Below, one piece after another: positions 11,894-24,779 of a DNA stretch of 64,000 nucleotides. The translations under genes and the position numbers were made by a program. The notes under the pieces are model-generated. The model saw only the letters and a program-made list of their open reading frames with translations. It searched no databases and was not told the origin of the DNA. Source of the DNA: Aplysia californica (Eukaryota); NCBI RefSeq assembly GCF_000002075.1, contig NW_004798010.1, positions 24,836-88,835 on the forward strand, written 5' to 3'. How positions within the stretch are numbered: position 1 is the first letter of the stretch; each line of letters starts with the position of its first letter.

Positions 11894-13127
11894 TTTAGAG
11901 ATTTGGAGAAGTACTGTATCGTCAGCCAGCTGTATAAAGCCCAATACTTCAAAATATTTGTCATTGCTGTTTCATAATCTGTGGTATCGGTTGTAAGTGC
12001 TTGAGAAATAATGTGCTTAAATTCAGTTTCTAAATGATGAAGAAAGTCAGAAAAGTCACATAATGTAAGCACAATTTCTGAAAGAAGAAACAATTTTTCT
12101 TCTTTCCTGAAAAAATTTTGCTTTATGAGCTTAGAGCAGTAAACAGCTTGATGACTTTAATTTTTTTTTAACCTTAGTTGCTCTTCTTTCTAACCCTCTG
12201 TCTCTGATGTCTGTCTATCTCTGAATCTTCCTACCTGTCTGTCTATTCATTTCTGTATTACCAGTTTATTTCTATTTGTACAAACTTTATGGTCTCTTTA
12301 TTCCCACTTTCTTTCATGGATCTGAACAAACATGCTCTTACTGATATAATTTACTTTTGAAATAAAAACTGATGCCGTTGCTATTCACATATACATGTGT
12401 AACTTTCATGTGACCTTATCTAAACTTTTAAATCCATTATCCCTTCCAGTGGTTTGGAAATCTTTATTTGTCAACACTGCAGCATTTAATGTTTCATAAA
12501 AGAAATCAAAAGGAACTTGTTTTTCGAATCTAGCAGCATGGCTATTGCTTGTTACTCTTCTGCCTTGGGTTGGCCAACTATGCTTGGATGGGTGGAGGTC
12601 GCTGCAAAATATAATGGAAGGGAATGACTGTTATGGTGTTACTATGTTTGTCTGTGATTTATAATCAAGCAGACGGTTGACTTGATTATTTGTGTCTCTT
12701 TAAAGATCATCACAATTTTAGGTTCTGCTTCTTTTCTCATTCTATGTTGTTTTATTTGATTGTCTTGCTTTTTTCCCAGTACTAAACGATGGTCATTGTG
12801 TGTTGATATGCTACTTTATACTCAAACTGACCTTTCGGCATTTTACCCATGTTCACTGCTCAAATTCTATTTTTGTTTGTTTGTTTTGTTTGTACGAAAG
12901 AAAAAAGTGTCTTTGGTGTTAATCAATCTGTTTCAAGATAGCATTGGGAAAAATAGCATCGAAAACAGATGGCATTGATTGGGCTCAGAGTAAGGTATAC
13001 TGGGGTAAATTTTTGTACGCAAAAGATTGAAATAGGTCTCATTTTTGTTCTGTGTTTATTATAGAAAGTGATCAAGTCCAGGAAGATTTAATTTATTTCA
13101 CAAGAGACAGAAAAGCATCAAACTAAT

Positions 13128-13549
13128 TGTGAGACAGCGTGAGTCACGTGCTCGTCAAACAATGAAATCAAAGGAACTTGCTTCTTTCTGGCCGTCGGGT
13201 ATTGTTTTTCTTTTGTCTTTACTTTTACCCCTCTTATATATCCGAATAAAAACACATTTCTATTGGGATTTTCCTGATAATGTTGCTCAACGACAGATAC
13301 AGTTTCCAATGACACTCAAGCTTTGGAAGTCACCAAACTTTAGCGGCCTTTTCCTCGCTAATTTTATCTCTGACACCAGGTGACCCCTTCCTCCTTTAAT
13401 CGCAAATATTTCAACTTTTATTCAAAGTAGGTAGGCCTATGTATTGATTTTGCCGAATACAACACAAAATGGTAAACTTTAAGATGATACAAATAACTCG
13501 ATATGTCCAAGTAATTGATTAGCGCCTGATTCTACTGCATTGTGACACA
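13128..13549 (-). mobile_element. MITE family A (inverted)
   Basis: Reverse complement of the family A consensus. Confidence 0.8.
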
Positions 13550-16500
13550 TTTTGTTTAATCATTTATAGGAAACTTGTGTTTTATTGATATTTCAACCAG
13601 TTTTTTTGGTGCTTTTTTTGTGGGTTTTTTTTGCTTATTTTCTTGTATTTTTGCTTCTAGTGTGAATACACATCTAATTGAATATTGGTATTTTTGGAAA
13701 ATTCTGAGGTCTGTGAATAGGATATTTTGACACTTTTAAAAAGATTTTAAGACCAGCCACTTGACAGCCATCCCAGACATGAACTCTAGCATGATTTATG
13801 TTTTTCTCCGCTTTGAGCTTTAACAAAGTATTGAACTTGTTGCACTGTTCTCCACCCTAGCTCTGCCTGATGCCCAACCCACCGCTGTTCGACTCACGCT
13901 GCTTCCGTCCACTGTCTTCTCTACTAATTATGAATTTGATGATGTTTTTCTACAATAAGTTAAACTGCACATTGATACATCAAATTGTGCAAATTTGTAA
14001 TTCGGATTGCACAAATTGATATGATACGTAACTGCACAATTGAGATTTTGAATAACACAAACTGATTAGCCAAATTGCACCTTATAATCATAAGTTACAC
14101 TGCACAAACTTTGAAAACCTGAGTATCCATACCTCAGAAAGAGGGTTTTGCACTGTATTTTTTTTTCGTTTCCATTAGAGATGTAGATTAGGATGGATTT
14201 TATCCCTTACGTTATCTGTGTCAAACAGCTTGCTTTGATTGTTCATCATTTCATAGACCAAGATTTACCGGCGTCTGTTGTGTCGCGGTTAGACGCTTCT
14301 CTGTTGCACCTCAGAGATCTGAGTTTGATTTCTGAAAGGGGAGAAATTTTTATTGAGCATCTCATGAGCTCAGTTTTTCTGCTGGAATCTTTTACTCCTC
14401 TCATGCCTCCTAAATGATCTAAATTGTGTCAATGGGGACTAAAAACACCTACTTTAAACAAAGATGGTGCCTGTCATTCGCAGAAAACTTATGTTTGATT
14501 CTAAAGTGGGGAGTTATTTTATTTTTATTAACTTTTAAAAATTGGTTCTCTCCTTCAAACAGCTGGGGTGTATTATAGGCCTGTTCCACACAACATAGGT
14601 TGGTTCTGACAGGCATTTCAAGTTGGCAAATTCTTAAAATCAACTGGCGTGAATTGTGTTGATGGGAATGATAGAAAAAAGAGAAGCTGTTTTGTCAATG
14701 TACACTCTATCAAAATTTGTTTACAATACTTATAAGTATTCTGTGCTGACATTGTTAAATTTTCAATTTAAAAAAAAATAAATTAATCCTACCTCTTACC
14801 TTTCAGCGCTGAAAGGAGAGTTCCCATGTTACACACTTTTGTCGGCAAGCTAGTCATGTGCTAAGCCCAGAAAGCAAACGTTTTACAGCAGACAGTAAAA
14901 ACTGTCTCAGTCTTTTAACAATTGTACCTACTTATACAAATTTTTCTTGCTTTTTTAGACATTTAGAGCGCGCTCATATGACCTTAGCAGTTGCGAGCGC
15001 CGTAAAACCTTATACTACTACTACTAGACATTTAGAATTTGAATTTCAACAAAATATTTCTTGAGTATGTGTAATGGGTACCACAGATTAAGAAACTAAT
15101 ATTTTAAAATTTCGAAATTTTGGACTTGTACCTCTACATTTAAACAGCTGACCGACTATAATATGCTGCTCTATTTCAGCAGCATTGCATTTTATAATGA
15201 ATAATGAAGACTTTGTAGGTTTAAAAAAAAATCTTTTCTTGATGAACAGTACATCAGGCAGGTTTTGCACTTGATTTGACTATCAGTTAGCAATAAAATG
15301 AATTTTCTTTTAATGCACAAAAATACCATTACTAAGATTAACAAAACTTGTTCACTCAAATGAAAGGGGCTAACAATGAAACAAACACACAAACAGACTG
15401 ACAATTTGCTCAGCATACTTTTAATAAATTGATTTTTATATATTACTATTAGTAGTGAGTTTGGTTGTTAATGACTTTTTACTTTAAGTAGGGTAGCTGT
15501 TTTTTTGTGTTTTTTTAAAAACATAGTTAGATCTACATAATATGTGCCCATGATCAGCATTTCTATAATGTAGGCCTATGGTACATTGTATTACCCAGAC
15601 CAGCAGAATTAGAGCTAGATTTAGAACTATTTTCATCATTCCCGCTAGTGTTGAAATCACACCTACTGTCAGTGTTTTCTGTGGGGAATACTGAAATGAC
15701 TGAATTGTTAGCCTGAATTGGTTTGTGGTTGTGTCTCGCAGTGTCTCGTTTGGTCTTCAGTGTTTTTCATGGATTGTGCTACTTAATCAAAAGGTAAACT
15801 ACATTATCCGGTGAGAAACATTTAAGACAGTTTTAAAGTTTATAACAATGTTGTTACAGGAAATTCTGTCTTTGTTTGTGACCGATTTTCGTTTGAAAAT
15901 AACACGTAAATGAAAAGGTGGTTAAAAATTATTTTGTTCTGTCAGTTCACCAAGCTTAATTTGTCTTAAATTTGTATGCCTCCTGGTTTGTACATTTATT
16001 ATAAATGAGGCTTACCACAGCTCAGTTGGTATCACGATTGAGTACAGTGTAGGCTATATGAACCTTTTAACAATGTAAGGATGATCTAGACTAATTGTGT
16101 CAATGGGGGTGTAAAACACCTTCACTGATTAATTAATCAAATTAAAATGTAAGGTTACTTAAGAGGTGACCAGTGTTTGTGGTGTGGTGGTTAGGGGCTT
16201 CACATACTGTCACATGCAGAAAACAAGAGTTTGATTCCTGTACAGAGAAGGTTTTTTATTTCTAAAATCTCTGAATGTCTACTAGGATGTTATGAATTGT
16301 ATCCCTAATTAGCCTCAGTTGGTCATGATTGGCAGGGTCGAAGCAGCCCTAAATGATCTAAATAGTGTCGATAGGGGTGTAAACTCATACAAGTTATTGT
16401 TTTTTTTCTTAAAAAAGAGGCACGTCCTCTGAAGTAAAGTTCACCTTCCATGATTAGCCCCAGAAGTAGGTGGAGTACCTCATATGGTCATTTGCACTGC

Positions 16501-18574
16501 CATAGCCCCGCTTGACATCAACTGAGTTATTGGTATGTCTCATAGGAAATGATCTGGTTTGCTAAAATATTGAAAGGAAGTCGGTGTCGGTCAAAAGTAT
16601 TAGTTTTGTGAAGCCTTCAGAGTGCAGTGGACGTGATGCATGTATTGTGACAACGATTATAATCACATTTTTATCCTCTGACCATCTTGCCTTGTTTCCC
16701 ATGTGTTTTTATTTTTTGTTCTTTCACATTGTTATGTCTCCACTCCTCCTGATGCACAGTACGCCTCCTCCTAAATGATCCAAGTATATATATATATATT
16801 ATTGTCCAGTGGGGTGTAAAACTTAGATAATAATTTCATGTTGTGCACACTCAACTGAGGGTGCACTGGTTAGCTTGGCTATTTTTATGGTGTCATGCTT
16901 GATTATGGTGGGGAGGATCTGTTGGTTCAAATCCTGGATGGGCGGGCTATTCTTGAATTAGGAATAGTTAATTTTTTAAAAATATTTTTTTTTATTGGAG
17001 GGGGAGGATTTTGAGGCTCTTCAACTGCTTTCTTGTTTCCTGTAGGAGTGAAATCGGAACCACTGCCTCAGACGTAAAATCGGAAGCCCTTACTCATAGT
17101 ACTCATAGCTTTGTAATGTTGATAAGAGCCTATTAAACCCTTACAGTCAAATCACCCTTAAGTAATAGCACATTGACTTATTTTAATCCTTTCTCACACT
17201 GGGTTTTTCTTTGAATTCTTTGCTTGCTGTTTTACGTTTATTGAAGTTGATCGTCTGTGTTTACCGACATCTGTGATGTTATGATTAGTCTCTTTGCCAT
17301 AGTATGCAGACGACATGAGTTCGATTCCAAAAGTAGGAGAGTTTTTTTTTAAAAATCGAGTTATCTCCCTGTCTGTCAGCTGGAATACTGTGATGCTGTA
17401 TCTTACTCAGACTGAGTGGGCTCTGAATGCCGGGGTTGAAGCAGCCTGCCTTTTCCTTGACCAAAATTTAGTTAATGAAACAATTACAAACAATTTTACA
17501 ATCATTGTAAAAATAAATTTGTCGTCTTTATGAATATTATTTAGGTCATTTCGAAAAGCTGGGTAAGGTCATGGCGCTTGTGTGAAACATTCCTGTTAGG
17601 TTTTTATTTTATTTAGAAAAACTAAAAGGTTCAGGTTCAAAGGTTCAACTCGGTTCTAACCGTGAGCTTCAAGTTTTTGGTTTCTTAACTCTGCCAATGA
17701 CAAAGGTCAGATGGGGGTCAGATTAAAGTACATGTAATGAATTGTGCATTTTTGACATTGTTTTGTATGCCACACCTTTGATTAATGCGCTGGATTGTGC
17801 AGTTCCGACAGTGTTTTGTACGCGTGGCAGATAATGCTGTTCCTCCATCTTTGGTGTGAGGCTTTTGTCCTTGCTCCCTGAAGACACAAGTTCAATTCCC
17901 ACGATGGGAAATCTATTTTAAAGAATATCCCCCCTTTTCTCCTAGGACTATAGACGCATTCCCCCCCCCTCAGCCAAAACTGACCTTGACAGGCAAGGCT
18001 GAAGTAGCCCACCTCAAAGATAATTGAAATTGAGTTGATTTTATTTTAGTTCATTTCATTTTGTTTTATTTTATTGTAAAATTTGACTTTTAAAAGATAG
18101 TCTAATTTAATTGTTTTGGTTTTGGGGGGTGGTGCATTTAAGGAGGGGGGAATAACATTTTTAAATCAAATATAATAGTAATAGTTAGAACAATTTTACT
18201 AGTAAAAATTAGCATGCTGCTGTTTTTTACGTACTTATGTATTATTCATGATGTCTCACGACTGTTGTTTTTTTTTTCTTTCAAGAAGCCCATTCGATGT
18301 ACAGAGATATTTACATCTATTTTGATATACCCTTAAAAAATCTATGTGCATTTGTAAAAATGACAATAAAATTTTTATCAGAATAACTTTGGAACAAATG
18401 GTGTTGCTTTTACTCTTCACCATCACCCCTTTCTTCCGTATAATGTGTGTCTGTGTAGCGGGTGTGCTCGTGTTGCATTGAGGTCGATACTGGTACACAT
18501 AATACAGTCGAAATTGTGATGGACAGCCACCCATTGTCGAGGAGAAAAGTGGCCATCCTAGACACTAGGTCAGA

Positions 18575-19040
18575 TGGCTTTCGTGGTCTAGAGGTTACGG
18601 TGTTCGCCTTTCATTCAATAGGTCCCGGGTTCGAAACCTGACAGTGACCTTTCCTGCTTTCTAACCATGTTATACGTCTGCTTTCGTCTCCACTTTCTGC
18701 CCACATCCCCACCCCCCTCCTCTGGGCTCCTAGCTCTTTCTGCAGCCTTCCTACTGCCGTGCTACTCCTTGGCTCCTTCTTACTGCTGTCTTTCAGCCAC
18801 ATCCCTGATCTTATGGTAGGTAAGATCCAACACCTGGCCTTCTCGGATAAGGGCGAAAAATCTTGGATGTCTCATTTGCAAGTTGCGCCCGTTAAAGATC
18901 CCTTGGTGGTTTTAAAATCGATAAGAGTAGGCTTCGGCTGCCACCCGGGTAAAATTAGAAATTTCTTACCTACTAAAAAATGTTTCATGTGTCACGTACA
19001 CTCATATGACCTTACGCAGCTGCGTTCGCTGTAAAATGCT
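18575..19040 (+). mobile_element. tRNA-derived SINE family C (core resembles the Nin/Deu domain). Others: 19533-19660, 23160-23570, 42290-42450 (minus), 61295-61685 (minus).
   Basis: A/B boxes TGGTCTAGAGG..GGTTCGAAACC; GTTAAAGATCCC..AAGAGTAGG core; ATATGACCTTA.GCAG.TGCG tail. Confidence 0.8.
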
Positions 19041-21479
19041 TTACCCCCTCCCCCTAAAAAAAAACTATAAAAAAATTAGATGACCACCAAACATACTATC
19101 ATCATAAAACATCAGTAAAAAAGAACGCTAGAGGAGNNNNNNNNNNNNNNNNNNNNNNNNNNNNNNNNNNNNNNNNNNNNNNNNNNNNNNNNNNNNNNNN
19201 NNNNNNNNNNNNNNNNNNNNNNNNNNNNNNNNNNNNNNNNNNNNNNNNNNNNNNNNNNNNNNNNNNNNNNNNNNNNNNNNNNNNNNNNNNNNNNNNNNNN
19301 NNNNNNNNNNNNNNNNNNNNNNNNNNNNNNNNNNNNNNNNNNNNNNNNNNNNNNNNNNNNNNNNNNNNNNNNNNNNNNNNNNNNNNNNNNNNNNNNNNNN
19401 NNNNNNNNNNNNNNNNNNNNNNNNNNNNNNNNNNNNNNNNNNNNNNNNNNNNNNNNNNNNNNNNNNNNNNNNNNNNNNNNNNNNNNNNNNNNNNNNNNNN
19501 NNNNNNNNNNNNNNNNNNNNNNNNNNNNNNNNGCTTCGGCCGCCACCCGGGCAAAATTCAAAATTTCCTACCAACTAAAAGTATTAGGTGTGTCCCGCGC
19601 GCTCATATGACCTTATGCAGTTGCGAGAGCCGTAAAACACTTACAAAAACAAACAAACAACAAAGTGGGTCTGGAGGGAGGGAGGGGGGGGGGGTAACCA
19701 GAAGTATTTTACCTGTTTCTACCATTCACCCTGGAGTGAAGTGTCGCTATTTTTGTGTGATCAACTTTTTCTTTGAGAACGATCCTAACGATTCTAATTA
19801 TAGAACTTTAATGTTGTCTAGCTAATCCATGCCCAATTCTTAAGAGCTTAAGGTACATTAAACTGTCTCTTTCGTATAAAGGACTTTCTGTATAAACATA
19901 TCATACTTAAAATCCAGAGACCAGCCTTATTCTCTTTTTCTTACCTTGTGTGATTTTCAAAATTCTGTTAGTCTGTGATAAATATTGTCACTTATAATCA
20001 ATGTTTCCTACGTTATGTAGTTCAAATGGAAACTACATAATTATAAAGAAACAATTAAAGATGCGAAATGCCCAAAAATTTGACAGACACGTTTTTTAAA
20101 AAAATCATCAACAGAAAGTTATGATTAGAATTAGAACTGATTTTTTGGAGTTAAGCCTTTCATACAAAAATGTTTGTTTGTTTTGGTATTTTTCCACAAT
20201 TGTAAAATTTGGGGGGGGTGCTTGATCACCAGTCTGATTTTTTGTGTTCGTTTTCTTATGGATCTGAAAGATGAGTACCCCAATTGTGTCGCGTTTAGTG
20301 TGAATATATGTGCGCGCGCAAGCGCGCGTATGTGTTTGCGTGAGTGACCGTGAATGTGTGTGTACGTTGTGTGTGTGTGATATTATATATATGTATAAGT
20401 GTATATATTTATATGGGATTTTAAAAAGAATTGTAGAAATTTGACATAGCATTCTTAAAAAGAAAATGGAGGTGTCATGACGTCTCTCAATTTTTGTATG
20501 ATGGATTGTACATATTATGTCTTCGCCACTCGAATCTAGAGTAAAATGTTGAAGTTGGAAACTTAATTATTAGATCTGAACAATAATAGCGAATATATAT
20601 ATAGTTTTCTATTTATTAGGCCTACTTTAAAGGCCTTTACTGCGCTTACAAATATATTCCTTTTTGTTACCAACTTAAATAATCNNNNNNNNNNNNNNNN
20701 NNNNNNNNNNNNNNNNNNNNNNNNNNNNNNNNNNNNNNNNNNNNNNNNNNNNNNNNNNNNNNNNNNNNNNNNNNNNNNNNNNNNNNNNNNNNNNNNNNNN
20801 NNNNNNNNNNNNNNNNNNNNNNNNNNNNNNNNNNNNNNNCTCACCCTTCTATTTATTGGAAACAGCGCACTCAAGATTACTGCAATCTAACCCTTTGTAA
20901 TCTAGTTCGCACTGATTGGAAACTTAATCTTTCACGCATGTTGATATTATATCAATGAATATAGGCCTAATAATATTGCGGATGAGGAATATGAATATAA
21001 TGTGGAACAAATAAAATTAGTAGGCCTATAATATATTTGTACCGTAGGCCTATAGATCTACGGCTGCAAACGGGTAACTGTAAGTACAGCTTTTTTTTGG
21101 TCAGTTATTTATATATCTTTGTTTTGGCTTGCTTTTTTCGTATAGAACATAATATGGACATAGACCATAATTAATAATAACATTATAATGAGAGGTGCAA
21201 TGCCAAAGATTGTTCTCTGGTCCGTTCCCACCTCTTTGATGCACCTAGAAAAATCCTGGCAAGCGTATGGTTGTTGTTAGGGTCCTCCTGACGCTTGAAA
21301 AGTATCGATAACATATTTAAATAATCGGAAACGTGCTTATTGAGTTTGATTAAAACTTATTGATTATGAAATAAAATTTGGTTAAAACCATTTTGTAGGG
21401 GTAGCAGTCGAAGTAAATGACTTAAAGGCGTCAAAGATCCTGAAGGTAAATTCTCTAAGGGAAAGATAAAACACATGCA

Positions 21480-21615
21480 ATAACAAACGGAAAGTATCGT
21501 AAACAGAAAACCTCGATTACACATTTCGGTTGTTGTCATCTCTGCAATGGCGGCGGATTGAACGTTCGCCGTGCGGGACAAGTCTCCTAAGTTCAGCATT
21601 GTCTTTAGGTAACAG
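21480..21615 (+). promoter_or_regulatory. Candidate promoter / non-coding first exon of the CCDC62-like gene
   Basis: Locally CpG-rich, YY1-like AATGGCGGCG at ~21547, donor-like TTTAG|gtaac at 21608/21609. The ATG there stops after 4 codons. Confidence 0.35.
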
Positions 21616-22850
21616 CATCAGAGCGATCTCGACGAGAAGTTGCAGATTATTCAAAAATATGGCATGGGATCAACGTCAAGTTCTTTCCTTATGTTTGCAA
21701 CAATTATTGAAATTGAGGGCTATTGTTTTGATACATTGTTTTTGCTCACTTTTTTTCACTTCACATTTTACTTTGTCACTGACGCTCATCAGTCAGCAAA
21801 GTAGTCATCGTTCAACACTTAGAAAATCTAGCTAGATATCTAGTAGACAGACTTTTCAGGCGAAATTGAAGAATGGTGTAAACGTCTTGACTGCTGATCA
21901 TTTTTTAACTGTCTGCTCAACCTGAGGGTGGTCTAGCTCCCTAATTGTAATTAGATCTAGATCTAGATTTCTAGATTATACAGACGTCTCTTACTTCTGT
22001 TGCCAGAGATCTTGTTTCGAGTTTTCTCCACAATCTAAATGCCAGTGTTGTGGCAATCTCCGGTTTTGGCACCAAGAGTAATGAAATACCAATTGCAGCT
22101 TGGGAAGATTAGAATACCGGACCACTCGTATACATTATGCGCGAGAATGTGGGGTGGGTGGGGCGGGTGGTTGGGGTGGAAGAGTGGGNNNNNNNNNNNN
22201 NNNNNNNNNNNNNNNNNNNNNNNNNNNNNNNNNNNNNNNNNNNNNNNNNNNNNNNNNNNNNNNNNNNNNNNNNNNNNNNNNNNNNNNNNNNNNNNNNNNN
22301 NNNNNNNNNNNNNNNNNNNNNNNNNNNNNNNNNNNNNNNNNNNNNNNNNNNNNNNNNNNNNNNNTGGGGGGGTCTTCTCCCCCCTGACAAATTTTTTATG
22401 AATAGATCTAGATCTAGATCTAGACTAGAATTAATCTACCGGTCCGAGATTTTCCATTGAGAGATATTAAAAACTGGGGAAAATCATAAATTCCTAAGGT
22501 TGAGACCTAGGCAAAGTCAGTCCGCTGGTCCGGTATTCTTCAATCTTACCTGCAGCTTTACTTTGGTCAGGGGTAGGGGTAATAGTTGGGGTAAGAGTAA
22601 GGTAGGATGGTAGGGCAGCAGCATATTAATCGTTGGGGCCAAAAAAAAATGGATCATAATCACAATGTTGTTTTGTTAGGCCAAGTGCATACAGACACTC
22701 ATGTCCTTGTATGACAGTCACATTGTTTACATTATTAACTCACTCAACCCAAGACCCACACTTTCGGTTTGTCCCCTCTCCGTAGGGATTAAAAAAAAAA
22801 AAAAATTGAACAAAATACTAAATTTTAACATGTCCTACCCAAAGTTGGTA

Positions 22851-23148
22851 CTGTAGTCTCCGCCTAAACGCATGGTGCTCGGGAGGCCTCCTTAGTGTGT
22901 GTTTTATATGGAGCGTGCGTTTTACATGAACCTTTGCAAGGGGAGGCAGGGACGCTGTCATCTCATTGCCTTGATATTCAAGTGACCTCCCTTTGGGGTG
23001 GGGGTCACTTTGGACGAAAATGTGACGACACGTGACTGTTTTGTGAAGGTTTACGTCTCAATTGAGTTAAAAAATCGTCATAATGATGAAAGCGTACGTT
23101 CGAGCGGAGCGTGCTTTTGTATGGCGTGTGTTTAGGTGGAAACTACTG
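22851..23148. mobile_element. Tc1/mariner (pogo/Tigger-like) MITE
   Basis: TA|CTGTAGTCTCCGCCTAAACGCA ... TGTGTTTAGGTGGAAACTACTG|TA. Confidence 0.75.
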
Positions 23149-24119
23149 TATACATTTAGGGGGCTCTCATGGCCTAGCTAGGTTAAGGTGTTTGCCTCAT
23201 TCAAAGGTCCCGGGTTTTAATCCAGGTAGTGACCAAAACATTTTTTTCTCTAAAATTGTCTCCTTTCACCCCCTTTCCTGAGCAATGATCTTTCGTCTGC
23301 TTTCGTCTCCACTTTCTGCCCCCCCATCTCCTTCACCCCCTCCTATAGGCTCCTGGCTTTTTCTGCAGCCTTTCTACTGCTAATCCTTGGCTCCTTCTGA
23401 CCTCTGTCTTTCTGCCACACCCCTGATCTTCTGGTAGGAAAGATCTACACCGAGCCTTCTCAGACGAGAGTGAAAAATCTCGGAGGTCCCGTGTGCAAGT
23501 GATGGAGACACACACTCACACGCGTGGAGAGGAAGGCAGTGAGATGCACACAGCCTTTGCACGTGGACATAAGATCTAGTCTAGCCTAGGGCAAAGCTAC
23601 ACACAAACGAAAAAAATACAAAGAGAGTCGGGGAGATGAGAAAGGGAGGCAGGCTGCGATTTCCCTTTTGCCCCCAGCTCTCCGATAATCCTGATTAATA
23701 TTATATATCACGCGCGAGGTGGTATGAATGTGGCACAGTGACAGCAGGCAGTGGTACACACAGACAGTGTGTAGGCCTTGTGTGCTGTATCATGACTGGC
23801 TGTCTAAATTTAGTTTTCCTTTCCCATTCAATCACAAAAGGAAAGAAACAAACAAAAACTATCATGGCGGGTAAAAATGACAACGCCCACTTTTGGGCGA
23901 CCGCTACTTACGAACAAAAGGTAATGAATCAGGAAATTTTAGACTGAAAAATCTCTGGATTATGAACAATGTCTACTTCGCGTTCAAGCACGCTTCAGTA
24001 TTAAGCACGCTTATGCTTTCACCCGATGACCTTACTTAAAACAGGCATAGACTGTATCTTTTTTTTGTTCTAAATTTGGGCTTGCACTTCTGGTCATACT
24101 TAATTTTACTTTTACTTTT

Positions 24120-24665
24120 TCATCCTTTGTTGCCGTTAAGCATCGAGGGGAGATGCAGTTTTCTATGGTAGGCCAGCTCCGCAGCTCTTTCAGTTGTGAT
24201 GTTATGTTTTCTTAGAGTTTCCTTGACACCCTTGATCCACCTTTTGCGTGGCCTTCCTCTTCCTTTATAGCCTGAGTGCTTGGTGTTGTAGGCTCTTGAG
24301 GCTGGCTGGTCAGGTGACATGCATAACAGGTGGCCAAACCATTTTATCCTTTGTCTTTCTACTTTCTATGTAACGCAGGCAGGACTCAGTGCCGATTGCT
24401 GCTCTTACTTCTTCATTTCTCTGCCTGTATCGTCTTGTGATGTTAAAGGTTTTGCGGAGACATTTCATTACGCATGCGGTGATTTTGCTTTCATGGATTT
24501 TGCTTAAAGTCCAGGTCTGGCACTGATAACATAAAAAGTGCTGCCAAGATATTTAAACTTCTTCACCTGTTTCAGTTGTTTACTATTGACATGGATGTTC
24601 AGGGGACTCTGGTTTCGGCTCACTTTCATGACTTCTATTTTTGATGTGCTTATTTTCATTTTGAA
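24120..24665 (-). mobile_element. RTE-clade LINE 3' fragment (decayed)
   Basis: Minus-strand peptides LKQVKKFKYLGS, RIKWFGHL and GRGRPRKRW, typical of the RTE ORF C-terminus. Confidence 0.8.
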
Positions 24666-24779
24666 TTGTCTGTATCAAAAGAAAAATGGTTACTCTTCCA
24701 ATTAGCCTATGGTCTGCTTCACACAAAAGTAGTGTTTTCAGTCATGAGAGTGAAATTATCCGAACTGATGCTGTCGGCG

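Noticed and set aside
19102-19574. ORFs running through X (also near 20.7, 22.2, 26.3, 27.9, 33.6, 37.2, 55.6 and 59.3 kb)
   Set aside because: Artifacts of assembly N-gaps.
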